Part shown: in pieces, positions 56,035 to 64,000 of the stretch | Numbering within the stretch: position 1 is the stretch's first letter | How the letters are laid out: each line of letters begins with the position of its first letter | NCBI GenBank assembly: GCA_032250835.1 | Contig: JAVVEA010000004.1 | Span: 64,001 to 128,000, forward strand | Direction of reading: 5' to 3' | Source: a bacterium | Lineage (GTDB): Bacteria; SAR324; XYD2-FULL-50-16 | DNA: 64,000 bases | Notes under the pieces: generated by a model | Told to the model about the DNA's origin: nothing | What the model saw: only the letters and a program-made list of their open reading frames with translations | Databases searched by the model: none | Made by a program: the position numbers and the translations under genes

Positions 56035-59000
56035 TTGATTATTAGCCGAAAAGCGCTCATTGCGTTGGTTTTGCTGCTGAATGCCTTGATTTTTGGGTGG
56101 GCTTACCAGCGTGAGTCTGCCGCCAAGCACCAAAACCTTAAACTCCAGGAAAAACAGTTATTGGCGATGCCTTTGGAAGACGCCGGGGCTTCCTTTGGAT
56201 TGGCTTTAGGTGACTTGGCAATGCTGGCAAAACATCATGAAGTCCTGGCCTATTTAGACGGTGAGCGCGAGTTGCCGGCGGTGTTGGTGCATGACCTTAA
56301 GACGCTGGTTCAGGTTAAGCCCGCTTATCGGGAATTGACCCTGACCCGTCTGAGTAAACCAGACTTCCGGTTCAGTACCTTAAGCGGAGTCGGGCCCATT
56401 CCGGCCTATTGGCAACAGATGTTAAGCGGTGCCAACTTCCAGGCCCTGGCCCACAGCTCCCGTCAAAACCCTGAGTATTTCGTGGTCCAAGAGCAGGCCC
56501 CCGGACAGGGTGCGGCGCGGTTTGTGGTCGGTGTGGCGCTCAGCGGCCAAGACCCGAGCCGCAACAGCCTGCTGATGCTGCACTTAGACTTAGCGGCCTC
56601 CAATAGTCTGTCACGGCTGGCGGGATTCCCCTGGGCTGGGCATGTGGACTTGCTCAACGGACAGGGTGAGTCGGTTTTGACTTTGGGCTCAACCCAAAAG
56701 GTGCACCATGATCACCCCCACCAATGGCAGCGGATCTTGACCCAAGCTAAAAGCCGCGTGGAGTCTTTTGAAGACGCCGAAGGGTTGTTTACCTTCAAAC
56801 GGGTGGACCTTCTGTCTGGCTTCAGCAGCCAGGAGTTGTTGCGTTTTAGCGAAGCCGATGCCTTTGTCTGGTATTTGATCCTCCATCTGCCGCCGGAAGT
56901 ATTTGAACAGCAGACCCATGGCTTGGCGCGGTGGATTACCTTTTTATTTGTCTTGGTCTCTGCGTTGGCGGTCTTCGCTATCTGGCTTTGGGACTATTTG
57001 GGTCGCCGCTATCAGTTCAAGAACGACCAATTGAGGCAATACCACGACAACCTATTGGCAACGGTTCAGTCGGTCGGTGAAGGGATTGTGCTCTGTACCG
57101 AAGCAGGGAAAATCGAGTTTGTGAATTTAGAGGCCGAGCGGATCTTTGGGGCCCATGCCGCCGACTTGAAGGCCAAGTCGATGGAGTCCCTCTTTGTGGA
57201 CGCCAAGGTATGGGCGGACGCACCTGCGGGCCTTTGGGTTCGGCTTGAAGGCCGTCGTCTAGGGGGCTCCTTGCCCTTGGAAATACGCTGGGAAGGCTTT
57301 GATGATGGCTTTGGGGGCAGTCTGAAAGCCGTTGCTATTCGGGACCTAAGCGACCGACTGGCCTATCAGGCGGCTTTGATCAAAAGCCGCCAACAGTTAG
57401 AACAGGCCCAACAGATCGCCGCCTTTGGCTATTGGACCTTCGACCCCCTCAAAGAGACCTTCTTTTGGAGTACTGAAGTCTACCACTTGCTAGGCTATAG
57501 CGCCCAAAAAAACCAGCCGGGCTTGGATGACTTTGTCAGTGGTATGCTCGCCCAGGACCGGGAAATGCTGGCGGCCACTTTTAAGCGCGGTGCCCAAGAG
57601 CCCTTTCAATTCCAAGAAGATTATAAGTTTAGGCGGCCCAATGGGACCCGGGTGGTGCTGCGCTGTCAGGGTAAATTTACCCATCAAGAGGGGCTATGGA
57701 TCGGTACAGAAGGAACCTTGCAAGACATCACCGACCTCAGCGACGCCTTAGACCGCCTACGCGCCAGCGAGCAGCGTTACCGCCGGTTGCTTGATCTCGC
57801 CCCGGTTCCGGTGGTGGTCCAAATTAGGGGCCGGGTGCGCTACGCCAACCAAGCCTTTGCCGGTCTGGTCGAAGCTTCAACGGTCAATGACTTGATAGGC
57901 GTTGATTTCTTAAACTTCACCCAACCTCAGGCCCATCATGGCTTGATCAAGTGCTTCGAAAGCGTTAGGCAAGGCCAGCGGACCGAGCCCGAATTGGTCA
58001 AAGTAGTGACCTTAAACCACCAAACCCGCTTGTGCGAGGTGATCGGGATGCCCGTCGAATTTGCCGGTGAAGAGGCAATCCAGACGATCATCCTAGACAT
58101 TACGGAGCGCGAAGAAAGCAAACGGGCGGCCGAAGAGTCGGCCAGTAAATATAAAGGGCTCTTTGTTAATGCGCCGGACCTGATTTTCCTGGTGGACCAC
58201 CAAAGCGGCCAAATTCTTGACTGCAATCCGGCGACGACGCGCCAGTTGGACTTTAGTCGCGACGAACTGTTAGAAAAAAACATCTTTGAGTTGGACCGGG
58301 GGGTGCCTCAGCTCAGCTCCGCAGACCTAGAAGCCAAGTGCCGCGAACTGGGTAACTATAGCTTCGAAACCCGTATTTTGACCCGCGCCGGGACGTTGTT
58401 GGACTTTGAAGTCACCAGCTCGTTGGTTCGGTATGGCGATAGCTTTGCCTTCATGAGCATTTCGCGCAACATCACCGAGCGCAAGCGGGCGATGGAATTG
58501 TTGATGGCCAATGAAGAGCGCTTCAAACTCTTTTATCAGCAGGCCCCGATCGCCTACCAGTCACTCAACGCCGAGGGGGTCATCGTTGAGGTTAACCCCG
58601 CCTATTGCGAGATGCTGGGCTACCCTCGCTCAGACTTGTTGGGCAAGTGGTTCGGCGAGCTGCTGGACGACGAGAACCGGGCCCTATTCAATGAGCGTTT
58701 CGAGCGCTTTAAACGGGCGGGGCACATCGACGGGGTCGAGTTCCGCTGCCGCCGGGCTGATGGCAAGGAAATCTTAGCCGAATTAAATGGCCGCATCGTT
58801 TACAACCTACAGGGCCAATTCCAGCAGACCCAATGCGTCTTGTATGACATCACCGCCCACCGCGAACTGGAAAAGGCCTTAGAAGAGGCCAAACTAGCTG
58901 CCGAACAGGCCAGCCGCACCAAAAGCGAGTTTTTGGCCAATATGAGCCATGAGATCCGCACCCCCATGAACGGCGTCTTGGCGATGGCCCAGCATTTAGC

Positions 59001-60021
59001 AACCACTAGTTTAGATGAGGACCAAAGCGAGTCCGTAGAATTGCTGGGCCAGTCGGCCAAAAACCTCCTGGTGGTGATCAACGACATCTTGGACCTTTCG
59101 AAGATTGAGGCCGGAAAAATTGAGTTGGTCGAAGAACCCTTTGACCTGCGCCATCATGTCCAGCGTCAGGCTGAATTATTCCGGCATGACGTGAACGATC
59201 GGGGTTTGGAGTTGATCTTAAACTTGGATGAAACCCTGGCCCCGGCCTATTTGGGTGATGTTTACCGGATCGGGCAGGTGCTCAATAATTTCTTGTCCAA
59301 CGCCATCAAATTCACCGAAGCGGGGCAGATTCGCTTGAGTGTATTGGTCGATGGGGATCATATTGTCTTTGAAGTAAGTGACACCGGGCAAGGCATCCCG
59401 CTTGAGCGCCAAGAGGCGATCTTTAAACCCTTTGAACAGCTAGACAGCAGCACCAGCCGGAGATTCGGCGGCACGGGACTGGGCTTGGCGATCAGCCACC
59501 GGCTAGTGGATTTGATGGGCGGGGAAATCTCTTTGCATAGTCAAGAAGGCCAAGGTGCGACCTTTAGCTTTTGGCTTCCATTAAAAGCTTTGAACCAACT
59601 GGAACAACGGGGTGAAAAGGGTCCTCAGGGGCCACCGGACCTGTCTGGGCATTGTTTATTGCTGGTGGAAGATAACCGGGTCAACCAGAAGGTGGCCCTA
59701 AAGATTTTAAAGAAGACCCAAATCCAAATCATCTTGGCCAACAACGGAGCCGAAGCCCTGGAACTCTTGCGCCAGGAGTCGGTCGATGTGGTTTTGATGG
59801 ATGTCCAGATGCCGGTGATGGACGGCTTAGAGGCGACCCAGCAGATCCGCAGCGGTGCTGCGGGCGAACGGGCCGCCCAGCTGCCGATCTTGGCCTTGAC
59901 TGCCTTTGCGCTCGCCGGGGACCGCCAAAAATGTCTGGAAGCGGGCATGGATGGGTTTTTGTCTAAGCCCTTTGACGCCGGCGATCTCTACCGCCACCTA
60001 GCCGAGTTGTTGGGCGCGTGA
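56035..60021 (+). CDS. Multi-PAS hybrid histidine kinase with C-terminal REC
   Basis: 2 TM, about 5 [38 protein letters not shown]. Confidence 0.95.
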   Translation: MIISRKALIALVLLLNALIFGWAYQRESAAKHQNLKLQEKQLLAMPLEDAGASFGLALGDLAMLAKHHEVLAYLDGERELPAVLVHDLKTLVQVKPAYRELTLTRLSKPDFRFSTLSGVGPIPAYWQQMLSGANFQALAHSSRQNPEYFVVQEQAPGQGAARFVVGVALSGQDPSRNSLLMLHLDLAASNSLSRLAGFPWAGHVDLLNGQGESVLTLGSTQKVHHDHPHQWQRILTQAKSRVESFEDAEGLFTFKRVDLLSGFSSQELLRFSEADAFVWYLILHLPPEVFEQQTHGLARWITFLFVLVSALAVFAIWLWDYLGRRYQFKNDQLRQYHDNLLATVQSVGEGIVLCTEAGKIEFVNLEAERIFGAHAADLKAKSMESLFVDAKVWADAPAGLWVRLEGRRLGGSLPLEIRWEGFDDGFGGSLKAVAIRDLSDRLAYQAALIKSRQQLEQAQQIAAFGYWTFDPLKETFFWSTEVYHLLGYSAQKNQPGLDDFVSGMLAQDREMLAATFKRGAQEPFQFQEDYKFRRPNGTRVVLRCQGKFTHQEGLWIGTEGTLQDITDLSDALDRLRASEQRYRRLLDLAPVPVVVQIRGRVRYANQAFAGLVEASTVNDLIGVDFLNFTQPQAHHGLIKCFESVRQGQRTEPELVKVVTLNHQTRLCEVIGMPVEFAGEEAIQTIILDITEREESKRAAEESASKYKGLFVNAPDLIFLVDHQSGQILDCNPATTRQLDFSRDELLEKNIFELDRGVPQLSSADLEAKCRELGNYSFETRILTRAGTLLDFEVTSSLVRYGDSFAFMSISRNITERKRAMELLMANEERFKLFYQQAPIAYQSLNAEGVIVEVNPAYCEMLGYPRSDLLGKWFGELLDDENRALFNERFERFKRAGHIDGVEFRCRRADGKEILAELNGRIVYNLQGQFQQTQCVLYDITAHRELEKALEEAKLAAEQASRTKSEFLANMSHEIRTPMNGVLAMAQHLATTSLDEDQSESVELLGQSAKNLLVVINDILDLSKIEAGKIELVEEPFDLRHHVQRQAELFRHDVNDRGLELILNLDETLAPAYLGDVYRIGQVLNNFLSNAIKFTEAGQIRLSVLVDGDHIVFEVSDTGQGIPLERQEAIFKPFEQLDSSTSRRFGGTGLGLAISHRLVDLMGGEISLHSQEGQGATFSFWLPLKALNQLEQRGEKGPQGPPDLSGHCLLLVEDNRVNQKVALKILKKTQIQIILANNGAEALELLRQESVDVVLMDVQMPVMDGLEATQQIRSGAAGERAAQLPILALTAFALAGDRQKCLEAGMDGFLSKPFDAGDLYRHLAELLGA

Positions 60022-60285
60022 TGGCGCAGTCTACCTAGCCCGCAGCGTTCTTTCCTAGGGGCGCCATAGCCACAAGGGCCCGAACCAAAAAAGTATCCTT
60101 ACCGCCTAGTGTTGATTGCAGCGATGGTGATCGGCCCGGAAGCCGCCCTTTCCCTCTTGCGTTGGGGCGGGTTGGCTCGGTGAGAGGGACGCAAAATTTC
60201 ATCTGGCTCGGTTGATCCCCTGTGGCGACCCATGGCTTGGGTGGGGGGCTTATGCGGATTAAGCGAAGGCGGTTGATCAGCGGAG

Positions 60286-60312
60286 CCGAGGCCTCCGCTT
60301 AGGAGGCCTCGG
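60286..60312. terminator. Perfect 11-bp hairpin downstream of the decaheme gene
   Basis: CCGAGGCCTCC-GCTTA-GGAGGCCTCGG; no clear U-tract. Confidence 0.55.
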
Positions 60313-60329
60313 GATGTTCGCCTAGCGGT

Positions 60330-61202
60330 TTACCACTCCTTACCGTGGCATTGGTAACAGCTTTGCGCGATGTCGCTACCGCGTAGGTCGGTACCGTGGC
60401 ACTCTTCACACACGCCCACCGGGTTTTTGTATTCCGTCCCGTGCAGATAGCCGTCCTTCTCTTTAGTGTGCGGGTACTCGCTCATGCGCCACCTGGCCCC
60501 GTGGCAGCTATAGCAACTAGGCGCATCGGTGCTGCCTTTGAGGTCGCTCCCGTGGCAGGCATCACAAGTCCCCACCGGGCTGTTTAGGGCCGCGCCGTGT
60601 TTCTTGCCGCCTTTGCTTACGTCATGGGCATAGCTTGAGAAAAGCCATCTGGCCCCATGGCAAGTATAACAGCTAGGTGCCGTCACACCGCCCTTCAGGT
60701 CGCTGCCGTGGCAGTCCGCACAATTGGTGGTGGGCTGGTACATCCCCAAGCTGCTGTGCATGTAGCCGCCTTGGTTGACCGTGTGGGTCTCCAAGAGGCT
60801 CCACTTGTCACCGTGGCAGTCATAACAACCGGGGCGGAAGGTCTCTTTGCCGTGGACGTTTTCTTTTTTGAGGCTGCTGCCGCCGTGGCAGTCGCCACAA
60901 TTGTCCGGTGCGTTGAAAAAGCCCTTTTTGTGTTTGACCCCGGCGATGCTCACTAAGTGGTCGTCGTTGTTCCAGATCACCCCGTGGCAATCGTAACAAC
61001 CGGGCACGTAGGCCTGACCTTTAAGGTTGACCCCGTGGCAGGCGGTGCAATCCTTGGCTTCTTTATAAAGCTTTTTGCCGTGCTCGGCTCCGTTGAGCAC
61101 AATGTTGTGGCTGATCAAGCCGGGAATCTCTTTACAGCCGGCCACCCCGAAGAGAGCCAGCATCAGGCCCAAGAGGGCCATTCTTAAAACTTGACGCCGC
61201 AT
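60330..61202 (-). CDS. Decaheme cytochrome c lipoprotein made of five diheme repeats
   Basis: Lipobox GVAGC; 10 CxxCH motifs; GGAGGG RBS. Confidence 0.93.
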   Translation of the reverse strand: MRRQVLRMALLGLMLALFGVAGCKEIPGLISHNIVLNGAEHGKKLYKEAKDCTACHGVNLKGQAYVPGCYDCHGVIWNNDDHLVSIAGVKHKKGFFNAPDNCGDCHGGSSLKKENVHGKETFRPGCYDCHGDKWSLLETHTVNQGGYMHSSLGMYQPTTNCADCHGSDLKGGVTAPSCYTCHGARWLFSSYAHDVSKGGKKHGAALNSPVGTCDACHGSDLKGSTDAPSCYSCHGARWRMSEYPHTKEKDGYLHGTEYKNPVGVCEECHGTDLRGSDIAQSCYQCHGKEW

Positions 61203-61741
61203 AATAAGCTCCCTCCAATCAAACCGCCAAATGAACCGCCGATGCCGTCACAAACAATGGAGCCCCAGGCCATACTAGCGCGCAGGCTGACGACCCCGTA
61301 ATGGATGTCGTTACCGGTCAAGAAAGGGCTGGGGTCCAATCCATCGGTGTTGTTGCTGAGCTTTTCGGTAGTGCTGGCCACTCCGTAGCCGATACCTGGG
61401 CCGACTGTGTAGCGACCCAAGTTATAGGGCATAAAATACCCAATTTCCCAGGAATTAAAATCCACCTGCACGTCCGACGAAACAGCGCCTTCGCTTAGGT
61501 TTCCCTGGCCGGTGAGGTTGTGGTAAAAGAGCGTCACTTCTTGGCCAAATCCAAAAAAACCGTCGGCCTCATAGCCCAAAGCGGCACTAAAACCGGCCAG
61601 CGGTAGGACTTGGGTGGTCACGGTGGCGCCCCCTTGGAGCTTTAGGTTGCCCGCTTGAGCGGCGCTACCGAAGCTGATCAAGAGCCCGCAGACCGCGATC
61701 AACGAACGGCGGAGCCAAATGAAATGTGGGATGCTCTTCAA
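61184..61741 (-). CDS. Small outer-membrane beta-barrel protein
   Basis: Probable TTG start at 61741 after GGGGGA, signal peptide ending AQA, amphipathic strands, C-terminal Phe. Confidence 0.68.
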   Translation of the reverse strand: MKSIPHFIWLRRSLIAVCGLLISFGSAAQAGNLKLQGGATVTTQVLPLAGFSAALGYEADGFFGFGQEVTLFYHNLTGQGNLSEGAVSSDVQVDFNSWEIGYFMPYNLGRYTVGPGIGYGVASTTEKLSNNTDGLDPSPFLTGNDIHYGVVSLRASMAWGSIVCDGIGGSFGGLIGGSLLCGVKF

Positions 61742-61951
61742 AGATTCCCCCCGGAATGGGTCAGATGGTTTTGGGTTAAGCGTAGTCAATTCTGCAATAG
61801 AACTTCGACTCAGTCTATGTTCGCTAAATGAACGGAAGATAAATTTCAAATTAAACTTTGGCTTATTTTAGGCCTCTCTAACCTAGACACAGGACCGGTA
61901 ACGGGTTAGACTCCGCCGCGAAGAAGCAGAAATATCTTACTTAGGGGGCCC

Positions 61952-63181
61952 ATGTTACCAGTGATTCTTGTTATTGAAGGCAGCGAAATCCAAGCCCGAA
62001 TGATCGGTGACCGGGTCCAGAAGGACCTGGGCCTTGAGGTTTGGTCGGCCAAGAATTTGGAGGGCCTCGAAGACCTACTGCACCGCGCCCAAGGCCGACC
62101 GCTGATCGCGGTGAGTAATTTGATTCTGCCGGACTGCGAGCCCGGCCAAGCGGTCGATATGTGTTTGGCCGAAGGCATCCCTACGGTGGTCTTAACCAGT
62201 AGCTTCGAGCCCCAGGTCCGCAAAGAACTGCTCAAAAAACAGGTCGCTGATTATGTGATCAAAACCTCTAGCTCCTTAAGTGAGTTGACGGCGATCCTCA
62301 AACGCTTGGTGCATAACGCCCAATTTGAGGTCTTGATCGTTGACGACTCGCGGCTTTTCCGCCAGGAACAGGCCCGCTTGTTAAAGCTTTTTCGCTTTGT
62401 GGTGTTTGAAGCCAGCAACGGTGTGGAAGCCTTGGCGCAGTTGCAGGCCCACCCTGAAGTCCGCTTGGTCTTGACCGACCTAGAAATGCCCCAACTCAAT
62501 GGGTTGCAACTAACCAACGAGATCCGCAAGACCTATCCTAAAGACAAGCTAGCCATCATTGGCCTTTCGGCCTACGCCGACGACGAAACCTCGGCCATGT
62601 TCATCAAAAACGGCGCCAACGACTTTTTGCGTAAACCCTTTTTACAAGAAGAGTTTAACTGCCGGGTCCAGCAGAACGTGGAGATGCTCGAATACATTCA
62701 AGAGCTTTATTTGGCCGCCTACCAAGACTTTTTAACCAACCTGCCCAACCGCAAGCACTTTTTTGAAGCCGGGGGCCAAAAGCTCGCCAACCGTAAGGCC
62801 CAGTGCCTGGCCATGTTCGATCTCGACCACTTCAAACAGATCAATGACCAATGGGGGCACGAGGCAGGCGACGCGGTGCTCTGCCATTTTGCGGCGCTGC
62901 TAAAAGAGCAATTGGGCGAGCGGGGGCTGATCGCCCGGTTGGGCGGTGAGGAGTTTGCCGTTATGCTGGATGAGTCGCTTGAGTCGGCGCGCCCGCTACT
63001 TGAAGGGTTGCGGCAAAAAACCGCCGAGAGTGCTTTGTTGTGGAAGGGCCAAGAACTCAAGCTAACCGTATCGGTGGGCTTGACCTTGATTGATGGCCAA
63101 AGCCTGGACGCCGGCTTGAGCGCCGCCGACAAGAACCTATATCTGGCCAAAGAAAGAGGGCGTAACCAATTGGTTGGTTAG
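61952..63181 (+). CDS. REC-REC-GGDEF diguanylate cyclase
   Basis: LTDLEMP, DFLTNLPNR, DLDHFKQIND.WGH.AGD, RLGGEEF. Confidence 0.94.
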   Translation: MLPVILVIEGSEIQARMIGDRVQKDLGLEVWSAKNLEGLEDLLHRAQGRPLIAVSNLILPDCEPGQAVDMCLAEGIPTVVLTSSFEPQVRKELLKKQVADYVIKTSSSLSELTAILKRLVHNAQFEVLIVDDSRLFRQEQARLLKLFRFVVFEASNGVEALAQLQAHPEVRLVLTDLEMPQLNGLQLTNEIRKTYPKDKLAIIGLSAYADDETSAMFIKNGANDFLRKPFLQEEFNCRVQQNVEMLEYIQELYLAAYQDFLTNLPNRKHFFEAGGQKLANRKAQCLAMFDLDHFKQINDQWGHEAGDAVLCHFAALLKEQLGERGLIARLGGEEFAVMLDESLESARPLLEGLRQKTAESALLWKGQELKLTVSVGLTLIDGQSLDAGLSAADKNLYLAKERGRNQLVG

Positions 63182-63245
63182 CGCCGACCGCCGAAGCGAG
63201 TCCAGGAGGGCTCCCGGCGCTTAGGGGTAGGGTTGCGCCTAGGGT

Positions 63246-64000
63246 TCAGGCAAAATCTATCAAGCCTTTGGACAGGCTGATGGCGACGGCGTGCGGGGCG
63301 TTGTGGGCATCTAGCTTGGTGTAGATCTTGTTCATCAATTGCTGGGTTCGTGACTCGCTAATGGCCAACTCGTCGGCGATCATGCGGCGGTTCATGCCCC
63401 GTTGCAGCATCTGTAAAATCATCTTTTCGCGGTCTTCTAACAGGGTCTGCTCGCGTTTTTGACGCACCAGGGTAAAGGCCTTGTGGATGTGCGGCTTGAC
63501 GGTATCCAAAATAAATTCGGTTCGGCGCTCAAAAGTCACTCCGCAGAGGTTAATCTGGCTATATTCCTTTTTATTGTGCGTTTGGGCGCGCACCGCGTAC
63601 CCTTCGCCTAAACCCGCTTCAATCGCCTGCTGACGCCATTCGGGGTTGCCTTGGTAATCAAAGGCCTTCAAGTTCCAATAATGGTGCTCGAAGGCTAAGG
63701 GCATCAACAGCGAAAAGATCGGGTCGTTGTGTTCTAAGCCTGGGTTTTGTCCAGGGTGGGGCTGCTTCAGCGGCCAGTTTACTTGGAAGGACTCCAGGTC
63801 CAACAACATCCCCTCTTCATTAAACTCAGCGAGCAAGAAGCTAAGGCAGTCAAATTCTAGTAAGCCTCTAAGGGACTCAAAGATGCCTTCTAGGTCGGAT
63901 TCTTGGCGGATTTGGATGCAGCGATTGATCAGCGTCAAAATGGCTACTGCATCGCTGGGACCGCAATAGGAGAATTGCTCGGCCGTGACTTGCTGTTCCA
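63246..64000 (-). CDS. LuxR-family regulator with autoinducer-binding-like domain; start probably at or just beyond the window edge
   Basis: NDPI, C-terminal HTH IADELAISE...IYTKLDA; frame stays open from 63938 to the window end (EQQVTAEQFSY...). Confidence 0.85.
   Translation of the reverse strand, partial: EQQVTAEQFSYCGPSDAVAILTLINRCIQIRQESDLEGIFESLRGLLEFDCLSFLLAEFNEEGMLLDLESFQVNWPLKQPHPGQNPGLEHNDPIFSLLMPLAFEHHYWNLKAFDYQGNPEWRQQAIEAGLGEGYAVRAQTHNKKEYSQINLCGVTFERRTEFILDTVKPHIHKAFTLVRQKREQTLLEDREKMILQMLQRGMNRRMIADELAISESRTQQLMNKIYTKLDAHNAPHAVAISLSKGLIDFA

Noticed and set aside
60183-60200. GGGACGCAAAA as a c-di-GMP-I riboswitch core
   Set aside because: The upstream GGCAAA/GNRA stem is missing and no gene lies downstream on that strand.

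Overview
Gene-dense chromosomal window from a GC-rich, motile Gram-negative bacterium. The repertoire looks deltaproteobacteria/SAR324-like, but this is only an impression. Housekeeping and metabolic genes: a truncated pirin gene, fliPQ, pabABC, pldA, argF, exbB/exbD/tonB-like, rlmD, GST and a GDPD. Redox genes: a tetraheme cytochrome/NrfC/NrfD module and a modular decaheme lipoprotein behind a small beta-barrel gene. An AT-richer three-gene island (DUF262 + DUF3696 ATPase + RelE-like effector) resembles the Menshen antiphage system. An imuA-imuB-dnaE2 SOS mutagenesis cassette is split by 1.35 kb of non-coding DNA made of a (GTTCTAG)9 microsatellite and two families of nested, covarying palindromic repeats. 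A Cus-type copper efflux operon carries YtkA-like Met-rich domains and a CsoR-type operator. Signalling genes are abundant: PAS kinases, a CheA-like kinase with a cNMP-like domain and no CheW, HD-GYP, GGDEF, SpoIIE, an MCP and a LuxR. I saw no rRNA, tRNA, CRISPR array, integrase or transposase. All calls come from reading motifs by eye; no searches were run.
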